DNA of 64,000 nucleotides from a virus (lineage: Duplodnaviria; Heunggongvirae; Uroviricota; Caudoviricetes). The notes beneath the pieces are model-generated. The model made no database searches and had not been told where the DNA came from. It saw only the letters and a program-made list of their open reading frames with translations. The position numbers were made by a program, and so were the translations under genes. The stretch's first letter is position 1, and each line of letters opens with the position of its first letter. The stretch is taken from the IMG/VR virus record IMGVR_UViG_3300037418_003103; one strand, 5' to 3'. Positions 38,891-49,189 of the stretch are shown in pieces.

Positions 38891-39616
38891 ATGCCGAGAA
38901 AAGCTTCAAGCAAACCAAAAGCACAAGTAACACCCAAAAAATACTCAGAAAAAATAGACCTCACAACAATTAAGCTGGATCTTAAGCCAAAAAACCTAAC
39001 GCAAAAAAAACTGATTCAATCCATCAAGATTAATGATGTGACTATTTGCCTTGGAGTAGCAGGTACAGGAAAAACCTTATTAAGCGTTTATCAAGCCCTA
39101 CAGTTACTAAAGGCAACTGATAACTCGTACAAAAAGATTATGTTGATTAAGTCTGTTACTCAGTTGAAAGATGAATCTATTGGCTTCCTGCCAGGTGATG
39201 AGAAGGATAAATTAAAGTTTATTATGATGTCTTACTTAGACTCATTTTATAAATTAATTGGCGAGCCGCTTACTAATAAACTAATTGAAGAAGGTCTGAT
39301 TTCATTTGAAGTATTTGGTTCTATAAGAGGAAGATCATTCTCTCAATCTATAATTATCGTAGATGAGTTTCAGAATATAACGCATGATAATGCTAAAACA
39401 TTCCTAACTCGTTTTTCTGATGACACTAAGGTAATTGTTTTAGGAGACTCTGAACAAATAGATATAAAAAATAAAAAAGATAGTTCTCTGTTCTCCTTGG
39501 TAAATAGAGTTAAAGAAAATCCCATCGAAGGCGTTGGAATAATAGAATTTGACGAAAGTGATATAGTTCGTCACAGATTAACTTCTTACTTCATCAATAT
39601 TTTCAAAAATATATAG
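38891..39616 (+). CDS. phoH: PhoH-family ATPase
   Basis: GVAGTGKT, IGFLPGD, RGRSF, DEFQN, GDSEQID, DIVRH. Confidence 0.93.
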   Translation: MPRKASSKPKAQVTPKKYSEKIDLTTIKLDLKPKNLTQKKLIQSIKINDVTICLGVAGTGKTLLSVYQALQLLKATDNSYKKIMLIKSVTQLKDESIGFLPGDEKDKLKFIMMSYLDSFYKLIGEPLTNKLIEEGLISFEVFGSIRGRSFSQSIIIVDEFQNITHDNAKTFLTRFSDDTKVIVLGDSEQIDIKNKKDSSLFSLVNRVKENPIEGVGIIEFDESDIVRHRLTSYFINIFKNI

Positions 39617-39668
39617 CCTCAAATGTTTACATTTTAAGTATTTCGCATACTTTAAATTAAAACATTGT

Positions 39669-40268
39669 ATGGCTCGAATAGCAATTTCACTGAATGAAGT
39701 TTTAAGAGATTATATAGGTCAACTAACTTACGTTTATAGTAAGTACGTCGGCCCAATAGATATAAAAGAAGGTGATGTAACCAATTTTAATCTCATAGAA
39801 TTCTTTAAATTTCCCACTAAAAGAGAACTAAATAAATTCCTATACGAAATAGCTTCCCTAGAAATACATGGTCATGCAGATCAGTTACATGACGGTATTT
39901 TTTTAAAATTAAATAATTTCCTATCACAAATGAAAGATGAAGAAGAGCATCAAATCATACTTGTGAGTAGAGAAGTTGAAAAAAGTATTCCAGCAACGTT
40001 ATTCTTTTTATCAAAAGTTGCTTGCAAAGCAACTGATATTAGATTTGTTCAAGATGCTGCAGACAAATGGAATGGTATTGATGTACTGATCACGGCCAAC
40101 CCAATTGCACTTGAAAATAAACCAGAAGGTAAAACAAGCATTAAAATAAATGCTAGTTATAATTCACAGGTTAAAGCTGATTTTCAGCTAGATTCAATAG
40201 AAGAGTTTCTCACTAATGAAGAACTTAGAAACTCAATTTTAAATACTAAAACAATAACATACGAATAA
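39669..40268 (+). CDS. 5'(3')-deoxyribonucleotidase-like HAD-fold protein with degenerate catalytic motif
   Basis: RIAISLNEVLRD (canonical IAIDMDEVLAD), IILVSR, DVLITANP, SYN. Confidence 0.6.
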   Translation: MARIAISLNEVLRDYIGQLTYVYSKYVGPIDIKEGDVTNFNLIEFFKFPTKRELNKFLYEIASLEIHGHADQLHDGIFLKLNNFLSQMKDEEEHQIILVSREVEKSIPATLFFLSKVACKATDIRFVQDAADKWNGIDVLITANPIALENKPEGKTSIKINASYNSQVKADFQLDSIEEFLTNEELRNSILNTKTITYE

Positions 40269-40280
40269 AAACAAAAAACT

Positions 40281-40631
40281 ATGAAATTAGGCAATGAGGG
40301 CTTTTATATTGATTTAGACCAGGTCGACAAAATAATATCATTAAATTCCTTCGCAGATCCAGGTACATATACGGAAACTGAAACAACTACTGCTAAAGAT
40401 GAGAATGGTAAGACATTACATACGACTATTTTTGAAAAAAAAATTCCCAGGTCTAAAGAGATTGATTCAATCAGATATGATACAATAAAAATGATGTTAG
40501 ATCAAATTTTTAATGAAGTGGAAGAAATTGATGGTTCATTAGGGTTAGAAAGAGCCATTGACAATACGTCTCTTTCCTTTAAAATCGCATTCAATACCCT
40601 CACTAATTTGTCTATTATAAAAGAAAAATAA
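40281..40631 (+). CDS. Hypothetical protein
   Basis: 116-aa ORF in the operon. Confidence 0.65.
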   Translation: MKLGNEGFYIDLDQVDKIISLNSFADPGTYTETETTTAKDENGKTLHTTIFEKKIPRSKEIDSIRYDTIKMMLDQIFNEVEEIDGSLGLERAIDNTSLSFKIAFNTLTNLSIIKEK

Positions 40632-40641
40632 AAAACAAGAA

Positions 40642-41778
40642 ATGTCAGAATTAAAAGAAGAATTTGAGAAAATTGAAAGGATTGATTCCTTTATTAAAAA
40701 AATAGATGATAAGAACTTCAGTATTTATTTTTTTACATTAGATACGAGAGGCAATCCAACAGCAGGAGTAGCTAACATCTATGAACATGTTAAGCTGCTC
40801 AATGAATTGGGTTATAAAGCTTATATACTTCACGAAAAAAATAATTATAAGCTCAGAAGCGATGAAGATGGTATGGGCATTGAAGAATGGCTTGGTTCTG
40901 AGTATGCTGAACTTCCTCACAAATCCATTGAAAAACAGGACCTGAACATTGACGCCTCTGATTTTGTAGTTGTTCCAGAAATTTTCTACAACGTTATGGA
41001 TCAAATTAAAAACTTTCCATGTAAGAAAGTTGTTTTATGCCAAAGCTATGATTATTTATTAGAATTACTTCCACTAGGTAAAAGGTGGAATGTTGATGCT
41101 GGGTTTAATGATGTAATAACTACAACCGAAAGACAATCTGAATATGTGAAAATGTTGTTTCCATCAATTCAAACGCATATCGTGCCCGTATCAATCCCAT
41201 CTTATTTCAAGGCACCCTCTAAACCAAAGAAACCGATCATATCAATTGTTACCAGAACGCAAGGAGATGCAGCAAAAATAGCTAAAAGTTTTTATTTACA
41301 GTATCCAATGTATAAATGGGTAACTTTTAAAGAATTAAGAGGTTTAACAAGACAAAGATTTGCTTCTGATTTAAGCGAATCTGCTCTTGCTGTTTGGATT
41401 GATGACGCGGCAGGATTTGGAACATTTCCCCTTGAAGCCATGGAGTGTGGAACACCCGTAATTGGTAAGATACCTAATATGATACCAGAATGGATGGAAA
41501 CTATTGACGAGAATAATGAAGCCGTTATTAAGAATAATGGTATTTGGACAAATACTACCATCAATATACCTGAATTAATTGCAACATACCTGAAGGTATG
41601 GTTTGAAGATACAGTTCCAAATGATTTACTTAATAGTATTAAAGAATCCACTGGCCAATACACTGAAGAAAGGCAAAGAATTGAGTTAGAAAAAGTTTAT
41701 ACTTCTCTTTTTGAGAATAGAAAAAAAGAATTTACTGCAATGAAGGAAGTTATTAATGGAGTAAATGAATTAAAATAA
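40642..41778 (+). CDS. Glycosyltransferase, GT-B (GT4-like)
   Basis: AGVANIYEHVKLL, VVVPE, AGFGTFPLEAMECGTPVIG. Confidence 0.85.
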   Translation: MSELKEEFEKIERIDSFIKKIDDKNFSIYFFTLDTRGNPTAGVANIYEHVKLLNELGYKAYILHEKNNYKLRSDEDGMGIEEWLGSEYAELPHKSIEKQDLNIDASDFVVVPEIFYNVMDQIKNFPCKKVVLCQSYDYLLELLPLGKRWNVDAGFNDVITTTERQSEYVKMLFPSIQTHIVPVSIPSYFKAPSKPKKPIISIVTRTQGDAAKIAKSFYLQYPMYKWVTFKELRGLTRQRFASDLSESALAVWIDDAAGFGTFPLEAMECGTPVIGKIPNMIPEWMETIDENNEAVIKNNGIWTNTTINIPELIATYLKVWFEDTVPNDLLNSIKESTGQYTEERQRIELEKVYTSLFENRKKEFTAMKEVINGVNELK

Positions 41779-41796
41779 TATATAAAAAATAAATAG

Positions 41797-42597
41797 ATGA
41801 AAAATAAAAATACTATTTCAGTTATATTACCAGTTTATAACTTAGATGAAAATACTAAAAAATTATTTGCAAATGCGGTGAAAAGCATTAAGGGCCAGAG
41901 CTTGTTGCCAAATGAATTAATTATAGTTGTTGCAGCTAATACCGAAGATAGCGAATATGTGAAAACATTTGATTTCCTGGAGCTTAACGAAATAACAACT
42001 ATTATTTGTAATGATGGTCCCACTGACTTTGCGAGCCAAGTTAATTTAGGTGTTAAGAATGCCAAATCTGAATGGATCAGTATTCTAGAGCAAGACGATG
42101 AATACGCAAGCATTTGGTTCAAAAATGTTGTAGAATATCAGGAAGCATATCCAGATACAGGTATTTTTATGCCAATCATTGTTGATACCGATATAAATAA
42201 TTCGTTTTTGGCATTCACCAACGAAGTGGTTTGGGCTAATTCATTTTCTGATGTATTAGGTGTATTAGATTTTAATGCGCTATTAAGTTACCAAAATTTT
42301 AATACGGATGGAGTTGTAATAAAAAAAGATCTATTTGAAGACAATGGCGGATTTAAATCCAATATAAAATTAACATTTATATATGAATTTTTACTAAGAA
42401 TGGCTTTCAAAGATACGCAAATCATGGTTATACCCAAATTTGGGTATAAGCACTTGAATCAACGCGAGGGTTCATTATTTAACACATACAGCAAAACAAT
42501 TGATCCAGTAGAGGCCAAATGGTGGCTATCACAAGCTAAACGTGAATATTACTATTCGCATGATAGACAGATAACATACGACGCTCAATTATCATAA
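41797..42597 (+). CDS. Glycosyltransferase family 2
   Basis: ISVILPVYN, VNLGV, WISILEQDD, YEFLLR. Confidence 0.85.
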   Translation: MKNKNTISVILPVYNLDENTKKLFANAVKSIKGQSLLPNELIIVVAANTEDSEYVKTFDFLELNEITTIICNDGPTDFASQVNLGVKNAKSEWISILEQDDEYASIWFKNVVEYQEAYPDTGIFMPIIVDTDINNSFLAFTNEVVWANSFSDVLGVLDFNALLSYQNFNTDGVVIKKDLFEDNGGFKSNIKLTFIYEFLLRMAFKDTQIMVIPKFGYKHLNQREGSLFNTYSKTIDPVEAKWWLSQAKREYYYSHDRQITYDAQLS

Positions 42598-43323
42598 ATG
42601 AGAACTAAGAGAGGAAGAAAACCCAAAGTAGAACCGTATTTCGGACAAAATGAGGAAGACGCTGTTGTTAAATATTTAGAATCAAATGATCTAGAAGAAC
42701 GTAATTTAATATATAACACTTGGCTAAGAGAACCATTAAATAAAATGGTAGAATCTATAATTAGAAAGTATGGATTGTATAGAAAGAATGAAACATTTGA
42801 AGATTTACATGCAGACACTCTTTCCTTTCTTATTACTAAGGCTCATAAATTTGAGCAAAGTAGAGGAAAAAAAGCATATTCATACTATGGCACGATTTGT
42901 AAGCATTATTTATTAGGAAATCTCATCAAGGATGAAAAAACTATAAAGACAACGCTTTCGTACGATGAAATTGTCGGTGATCTTGAAAATAGACAAGATA
43001 TGACATATGTTATAGAGGAAGATACCAGTTCAATGGATGACTTAATTGTTAATTTAGTAAACGGAATAAAAACCGAATTATCTAACGAAGGTAATCAAAA
43101 AAAGAGAGTTAATGAAAACGAACGTAAGGTAGGCGTAGCCTTAATAGAACTCCTTGAAAACTGGGAGACCGCCTTTGATACAATGAGTGGTGGCTCAAAA
43201 TATAACAAGAATTCGGTTTTAGAGACCCTACGAAATTATACAAACCTGTCAACAAAAGACATTAGAGTTTCTATGAGAAGATTTAAGCAATTATATGGGA
43301 TATTAAAGGAAAAAGAACTATAA
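42598..43323 (+). CDS. Late transcription sigma factor (T4 gp55-like)
   Basis: Region-2-like FEDLHADTLSFLITKAHKFEQSRGKKAYSYYGTICKHYL; no obvious region 4 HTH. Confidence 0.7.
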   Translation: MRTKRGRKPKVEPYFGQNEEDAVVKYLESNDLEERNLIYNTWLREPLNKMVESIIRKYGLYRKNETFEDLHADTLSFLITKAHKFEQSRGKKAYSYYGTICKHYLLGNLIKDEKTIKTTLSYDEIVGDLENRQDMTYVIEEDTSSMDDLIVNLVNGIKTELSNEGNQKKRVNENERKVGVALIELLENWETAFDTMSGGSKYNKNSVLETLRNYTNLSTKDIRVSMRRFKQLYGILKEKEL

Positions 43324-43350
43324 ATTTATATGTAAAAACTAATCCTAGTC

Positions 43351-43357
43351 TATTTAT
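43351..43357 (+). promoter_or_regulatory. Putative late promoter TATTTAT
   Basis: Heads the baseplate-like operon. Confidence 0.55.
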
Positions 43358-43379
43358 TATTAAATAAATATTATCTGTT

Positions 43380-43757
43380 ATGCCTAGAAAAGTTAAACAA
43401 CGTATTGAAATTAATAATGAAGAAAGCCTCAGCGGTTTAATGCAGGAAACATATAATGACGCTTGCCTTCAAATTAAAGATGCTCAAAGCATGATCAATA
43501 CAATGGCCGTTGGCCTTACGCCTTCTGACGTAGATGACGAAACTAAGATTGTTAAAGAAAAGGCTGGATTATTAAAAATTAAAGATTCTGCAATAAAGAT
43601 TAAATTAGAAATAGCCAAGCTTCAAAGTGATATTATAAAAAATGGTGGGAATGTTGACGGAGCAATAACAGACAGGACACACGGAGAGGCTTCACTTAAC
43701 GATTTCAAATCAATTAGAGAAATGTTTAAAGTAAAAAATACGGATAACGAAGAATAA
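43380..43757 (+). CDS. Hypothetical helical protein (possible small terminase-like)
   Basis: Two long amphipathic helices and a late promoter; the function is a guess. Confidence 0.4.
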   Translation: MPRKVKQRIEINNEESLSGLMQETYNDACLQIKDAQSMINTMAVGLTPSDVDDETKIVKEKAGLLKIKDSAIKIKLEIAKLQSDIIKNGGNVDGAITDRTHGEASLNDFKSIREMFKVKNTDNEE

Positions 43758-43768
43758 TATTTAAGGCC

Positions 43769-45208
43769 ATGCCGTCAATAATTGATAAAAAAAAGAAAGT
43801 ATTTGGAAATCTTGCTGCCCTTCGAACATCAATCGAGGGGCTTCCGCAATTAAGTAAATCTTCTTCTATGCCGTCAATTAATAACAATGGTGATACGATT
43901 GCGTTTCTGTGCGATTTAATTAAATCATTGGTAGGCTATGAGTCCTTAGTTAGCAGTATTAATAAGACACTAATTCATTCTTTAAAAGAAATTGAATCTG
44001 AGATAAAATCTGTAATTAAATCAGAACTTAAATCTATTGTTAATTGTGGTGTAAATCCATCCCTACCTGATTTTTTAAAGGTAGGCGGTAAAGGAATTAA
44101 TTTTACAGTTAATAAAATTGATTTTTCCAATATATTACAAGTAAATCCATTAACAGTTCCTGGTAATTTACTTTATAACGATATAACAACAAATCTAATA
44201 AACAGTACTGACTTTAATACTTTTTTATATCAAACAATTCAGAACGATGGAACTGTAGAGAGCTGGGGAGCGAGAACCAATGGAAGTAATATACTAGATT
44301 TTAAATTTGAATCATCGGACATAACTCACGTAAAGCCAAATAATACTATCACCGTCACAGCGAATTACGCTTACTCAAATAAAAATTTAACCGATTTAAA
44401 CAATGATTTTGTCGATAGTGTTAGCCTTTTTAACACAGAAGATATGGTAAGTAACATCGTTGATAACATATTTGGCTCAATCTCTAGCGTATTAAACAAA
44501 GGCGCTAAACAACTTGAAAACGAGGCAAAGATTAATACAGTAGTAAATAAGATACTCAAATCAACAAACGATACGATTGATGACAGCGTGTTTACTTTTT
44601 CAAATTTAGAAAAACAAATGCATGAACAGAGCGCTCAATTAAGGAAAAAGGGTGTATCTATGTTATCATTAGATAATAAAATACCTTCAAGTATTTCGAT
44701 AAGCACTCTTGCCACTTTTAAATCAGTTTCCAGCGGTCTTACATCTATAGAAGACAAGAATAATTTAATGACTTCTACTATTGATAGTATGGCCACTGAG
44801 ACAGCATCAAATTCATCTAATCCTATTGACACTACGACAATAAAAATGAATTTCATTCAGCAGATTATAGATAATATAACCAGGTCAATTGTTAATATCA
44901 TTCTATCGCCAAAAGTTATTACAATTTTCATCATAAATTTTAAAATAATTTACGGTCAAGATGCAGAATTTACAGATGCTGTGGATTTTATGAAGAAGAA
45001 TAGAGTTCTTTTGCATAATATCATGAAACGTGTTTCTGAAATAATAATCAAACAATTACTTTCTATTGCGTTGAAAAAGATAACACAACTAGTTAGCGAA
45101 GGTGCTTTAAAGCGTGAAATTGAAAAAGCTAAAAATACTGAGGCACAAATTTTGAGCCTTGTAGGAGTTCAACAATCAACACTAAGAGAATTAAAAGGAT
45201 TTTTATAA
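43769..45208 (+). CDS. Hypothetical structural protein
   Basis: 479 aa, in a late operon with the gp5-like gene. Confidence 0.55.
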   Translation: MPSIIDKKKKVFGNLAALRTSIEGLPQLSKSSSMPSINNNGDTIAFLCDLIKSLVGYESLVSSINKTLIHSLKEIESEIKSVIKSELKSIVNCGVNPSLPDFLKVGGKGINFTVNKIDFSNILQVNPLTVPGNLLYNDITTNLINSTDFNTFLYQTIQNDGTVESWGARTNGSNILDFKFESSDITHVKPNNTITVTANYAYSNKNLTDLNNDFVDSVSLFNTEDMVSNIVDNIFGSISSVLNKGAKQLENEAKINTVVNKILKSTNDTIDDSVFTFSNLEKQMHEQSAQLRKKGVSMLSLDNKIPSSISISTLATFKSVSSGLTSIEDKNNLMTSTIDSMATETASNSSNPIDTTTIKMNFIQQIIDNITRSIVNIILSPKVITIFIINFKIIYGQDAEFTDAVDFMKKNRVLLHNIMKRVSEIIIKQLLSIALKKITQLVSEGALKREIEKAKNTEAQILSLVGVQQSTLRELKGFL

Positions 45209-45210
45209 AA

Positions 45211-45612
45211 ATGAAGGATTTTAGTATAAACGGAGTTTTGGACATGATAATGGCGGCCTTTAATTTGCCGCAAAAGCCTGTTGCGCCACTACCACCACCG
45301 TTGATCATGGTTGGAGCTAAACTTAGACCAGGTATTAGTCCGAGTGCTGTTGCATCCAGAATAATATCAAGGCAATCAGAGGCAGGGTTAGTAGTGGGCG
45401 ATGTATTTGCTGATGGACCTAACACAAACGAAGCAATGTGGACAATTGTAATAGAAGAAATAGTAAATACAATTTTAACTGAATCAAAGGTAGACGTAGT
45501 AATACCACCAGGAATTGCCGTTATGACTGTTGGGGTTGGAAATATGGGTGCACCTGTAATATCTCAGGGTGTTACCACCAATATGGCGATTGGAGACGGA
45601 ATAATTAGATAA
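45211..45612 (+). CDS. Hypothetical structural protein (baseplate region)
   Basis: Pro/Gly-rich, 133 aa, tightly packed. Confidence 0.55.
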   Translation: MKDFSINGVLDMIMAAFNLPQKPVAPLPPPLIMVGAKLRPGISPSAVASRIISRQSEAGLVVGDVFADGPNTNEAMWTIVIEEIVNTILTESKVDVVIPPGIAVMTVGVGNMGAPVISQGVTTNMAIGDGIIR

Positions 45613-45614
45613 GC

Positions 45615-45803
45615 ATGAATAAATTTGACGATAAAAGTAATAATGAACTTTTTTTAATAAAAAAAGAGATAGAGGCAGAATATGAATCTGTTAAAATAAA
45701 AGTACTTAACGGATGGGATAAATTATTAGAATTAGAAAAGGAATTTGCAGCACTGAATAACGTAATAAACCAAAGACTTAAAGTAAATGACAGAGGGCAC
45801 TAA
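45615..45803 (+). CDS. Small hypothetical coiled-coil protein
   Basis: 62 aa, tightly packed in the operon. Confidence 0.55.
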   Translation: MNKFDDKSNNELFLIKKEIEAEYESVKIKVLNGWDKLLELEKEFAALNNVINQRLKVNDRGH

Positions 45804-46764
45804 TAGATTTAATACTGGTAGGCCAGGTACACTTTCTTCTTTAAAAACGCAAACAATAGTTGATATCGGAAGTGTAGTGACCGTAGACGATCCTCAAGGA
45901 CTAGACAGGATTAAAGTGGTAATCAAGGGGAGTGTAAGCAAGGGTGGTGATGCTAATGTCGAGTTGAATGACCTGCCATGGTGTATTCCTATGCTGCCTA
46001 AATACTTTACCTCAAAGCCAAAGGTAGGTGAGGCTGTTTATATTTTCACATTCAATGATGATAAATTGGGCGAGAGATTATATATGGGTCCAATAATATC
46101 TCAACCGCATAAGTTAAATTTTGATGGAAGAAGTACTACAGCACTAAGTGCATTTAATTTTGGAGTATATCAGCCTCAGGTTGATTACAAGCGGATTCCA
46201 GAACTACTAGGTGTATATCCTAAAGATACAGACATTGCTATACAGGGTAGATATAACACTGATTTAATATTTAAAGAAAACGAGGTACTTCTTCGAGCTG
46301 GTAAAATAACCGAAACAAAACCTACAAAGAAAAATCCATATCCATTCACTTTTAATAATAAAACTCAGGGATTTATTCAAATTAAAAACGATGTAGAAGT
46401 TGCTAAAAAAACTGATACCGAAGAGGCCATTAAAGGAACTGTTACAAATATTATTTCAAACAAAATAAACTTGATTACTCATAAGGACGGTTCACCAAGA
46501 TTTAATGTTTTAAATCAGGAAGATCTTATAAGTGATGAAGAAATGTCTAGGATACTTGCTGAGGCACATCCACTCCCATTTGGAGATATACTGATTCAAT
46601 ACCTTAAATTATTAAAGAACACTATTTTAAACCATGTCCATAATGGTAACGGTAAGAAAGCAACGGATCTTACCGATGGCAACGCCCAATTTGTGGCCGA
46701 ATTTAAGAAAAATGCAGAGAACCTGGAGAAGGCAATGATTTCAAAAAATGTCAGAGTTAATTAA
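45787..46764 (+). CDS. Baseplate hub/spike protein (gp5/VgrG-type OB-fold N-terminus)
   Basis: GSVVTVDDPQGLDRIKV, LPWCIP, PKVGEAV, late HVH motif. Confidence 0.7.
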   Translation: MTEGTNRFNTGRPGTLSSLKTQTIVDIGSVVTVDDPQGLDRIKVVIKGSVSKGGDANVELNDLPWCIPMLPKYFTSKPKVGEAVYIFTFNDDKLGERLYMGPIISQPHKLNFDGRSTTALSAFNFGVYQPQVDYKRIPELLGVYPKDTDIAIQGRYNTDLIFKENEVLLRAGKITETKPTKKNPYPFTFNNKTQGFIQIKNDVEVAKKTDTEEAIKGTVTNIISNKINLITHKDGSPRFNVLNQEDLISDEEMSRILAEAHPLPFGDILIQYLKLLKNTILNHVHNGNGKKATDLTDGNAQFVAEFKKNAENLEKAMISKNVRVN

Positions 46765-46774
46765 GTATTTTAGA

Positions 46775-46781
46775 TATTTAT
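46775..46781 (+). promoter_or_regulatory. Putative late promoter TATTTAT
   Basis: 14 nt upstream of ATG 46796. Confidence 0.6.
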
Positions 46782-46795
46782 AATAAACGAAGTGG

Positions 46796-48181
46796 ATGCT
46801 TGTCAAAACATATTTTACAAAAAATAATACAATAACGTATAATACGTTGCTTAATACATCTAAAAATCCTGTAACAGAGATTTTTTACGGAGATAATTCG
46901 TTCAGGTATAGTAGATTTATTTTTTCCTTTGACGAAAGCAGGTTAAAAGCATTGACTGCTGATAAAACATTCTCAGATTTATCTAATTTGAAGCACACTC
47001 TGAAGCTAACTAATACAAATCTTTCAAGTGATAACGGTCCTAGTTTAGCAGGCAAGGAGAGAGCCACTTCATTTGATCTTATTGCTTTCAAAATTAAGCA
47101 ATTTTGGGATGAAGGTATGGGTTATGATTATGGTAACGAAATTTTACTTGCGGGTGAAAAGGTTGTTAAATATAATCCGTCTAACTGGATATATTCACAA
47201 ACAAATATTCCATGGATCGAAGCAGGTGCTTTCTCAGGCTCTTCTAATGATATTATTGCTTCTCAACATTTTGATTTAGGTAATGAAAATATTGAGATGG
47301 ACATTACGTCTTACGTTAATTCAATACTTACAGGAGAAACTAATTATGGGATTGGCTTATGCTTTACAAGTGACCTAGAAGCCACTTCAGCTTCTTTTGC
47401 AAAGGTAGTCGGTTTTTTTACTCGAAATACTCAAACGTTTTATGTTCCATATATTGAAACAGAATACAGCAGCCGTATTAAGGATGATAGAAATAATTTT
47501 TACCTAGATAAAATTAATAAATTATATTTATATGTAAATGTGGCTGGTAATCCAACTAATCTAGATGTCCTACCATCTGTTAATATTTACGATAACAACG
47601 ATAATTTATTTTCTGCATATACAGAAGCAACTCAGGTTACTAAGGGTGTGTACTCAATTGACGTTAAAGTGCCCACAACATCTAATTACATAGATTCTAC
47701 GATGTTTTCTGACGTATGGAGCGGTATTACCATTAACGGCATAGAAAGGCCTGAAATAAGCCTTAATTTCGCCTTAAAAGACAATTCTGGTTATTACATG
47801 ATTGGTGATTCAGTTTCAGAACCTAAGAAAGTGGCTATTTCTGTATCAGGCATAAATAATGGCGAGACACTTATGCCCACAGATATTAGAAAAGTAATTA
47901 TATCCGCCAGAGTTCCTTATACTCTAAATCAAAGACAAGTAATAGATGACATAAAATACCGCTTATATGTTAAAGAGGGTGAAGGAGAAGTAACCGTAAT
48001 TGATTTTACTCAGATAGAGATGAGTAATTCTTATTACTACTTCCTATTAGATACTCAAAGCCTTCTTCCTGGTGTTTATTATTTAGACATTCAAGTGCTA
48101 TCAAATTTGGAAGTAATGACTCTTAAAAATAAATTAACTTTTACTATTCCAAACGAAGCAAACCTGAGAAATACAAAATAA
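46796..48181 (+). CDS. Beta-rich structural protein (carbohydrate-binding-like plus Ig-like domains)
   Basis: SRFIFSFD, WDEG, MDITSYV..NYGIGL, PYIE pattern; late promoter. Confidence 0.55.
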   Translation: MLVKTYFTKNNTITYNTLLNTSKNPVTEIFYGDNSFRYSRFIFSFDESRLKALTADKTFSDLSNLKHTLKLTNTNLSSDNGPSLAGKERATSFDLIAFKIKQFWDEGMGYDYGNEILLAGEKVVKYNPSNWIYSQTNIPWIEAGAFSGSSNDIIASQHFDLGNENIEMDITSYVNSILTGETNYGIGLCFTSDLEATSASFAKVVGFFTRNTQTFYVPYIETEYSSRIKDDRNNFYLDKINKLYLYVNVAGNPTNLDVLPSVNIYDNNDNLFSAYTEATQVTKGVYSIDVKVPTTSNYIDSTMFSDVWSGITINGIERPEISLNFALKDNSGYYMIGDSVSEPKKVAISVSGINNGETLMPTDIRKVIISARVPYTLNQRQVIDDIKYRLYVKEGEGEVTVIDFTQIEMSNSYYYFLLDTQSLLPGVYYLDIQVLSNLEVMTLKNKLTFTIPNEANLRNTK

Positions 48182-48183
48182 GC

Positions 48184-48218
48184 TTTACAAATTTATTGCT
48201 TCATATATATTTATTTAT
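48184..48218 (+). promoter_or_regulatory. Promoter region (TTTACA...TATATTTATTTAT)
   Basis: Contains a TAnnTTTA box and two overlapping TATTTAT motifs just before a 104-nt leader. Confidence 0.45.
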
Positions 48219-48322
48219 ATAACGTTAACTCACGTATTGGTCTCAAGCCGCCAAAAGCGACTGTATAGTTAGAAATAACAACGATATCGGTACATTAATA
48301 AAAAATTAAAAAGTTAAAAAAA

Positions 48323-49168
48323 ATGAAACAAACACGCATTTCTGTTGTGAAGCCAACAGCAAATATCTGTATTAACAAAAACAGATTAAAAGAATACAAT
48401 AAAACAGAACTCCCAACTGTGTATCTAGAAAGAGGAACCTCATTCGAGATAGAACTTTACAATCCACTTAGTGAAAATGTTCTTGCAAAGATAAGTCTTA
48501 ATGGTAAATTAATATCTCAGGCTGGTTTAATAATTAGGCCAGCAGAGAGAGTATACCTAGACAGGTTTATTGACGTTGCAAGAAAGTTCTTATTTGACAC
48601 TTACGAAGTGTCTGGAAGCGATGAGGTTAAGAAAATTATTAAAGACAACGGTGATGTTAAAATAGATTTCTTTATGGAGTATCAGCTAATCAGTTATTTT
48701 CCAGTTTATAATTGTAGTTATAATGTACGAACACCCTGGGATAACACTTTCTTCACAAGTAGTGCCTCTAATTCAAAGGATATAGTTGGAACGACTACAA
48801 CTTCCACTTCGCATTATAACAATAGTGATTTATCATCAATAAACCTAATGTTTAATAATTCTATCCCTTCTAACATTCTTAGAGGAAGTAGTCTTGAAGC
48901 AAAGAAGGAATTTAATAGTGGTAATAAAAATAAAAAAAGCATTGAAACAGGAAGAGTAGAGCAGGGTGCAACATCTAAACAGGAGTTTCAAAACGTGGAT
49001 AAAACATTTAACACTTATCCATTCCATACAGTGGAATACAAGCTCTTACCAGTTTCTCAAATGCTAGTACAATCCGAGGACTTGAGTGTTAGACGCTACT
49101 GCGCTAATTGTGGGTCAAAAACAAGGAAGGGTGATAAATTCTGCTCAAGCTGCGGAAAAAAATTATAA
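48323..49168 (+). CDS. Hypothetical protein with C-terminal zinc ribbon
   Basis: CANCG...FCSSCG at the C-terminus; beta-rich N-terminal domain (FEIELYNP..VLAKISLNG). Confidence 0.75.
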   Translation: MKQTRISVVKPTANICINKNRLKEYNKTELPTVYLERGTSFEIELYNPLSENVLAKISLNGKLISQAGLIIRPAERVYLDRFIDVARKFLFDTYEVSGSDEVKKIIKDNGDVKIDFFMEYQLISYFPVYNCSYNVRTPWDNTFFTSSASNSKDIVGTTTTSTSHYNNSDLSSINLMFNNSIPSNILRGSSLEAKKEFNSGNKNKKSIETGRVEQGATSKQEFQNVDKTFNTYPFHTVEYKLLPVSQMLVQSEDLSVRRYCANCGSKTRKGDKFCSSCGKKL

Positions 49169-49189
49169 AAAATAAGCGTTGACGTTATT

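Noticed and set aside
48225-48265. Twister ribozyme resemblance (TAAC...GGTCTCAAGCC)
   Set aside because: P2 and P4 cannot be formed properly and no downstream GAG partner for the pseudoknot is present; kept only as a structured leader.
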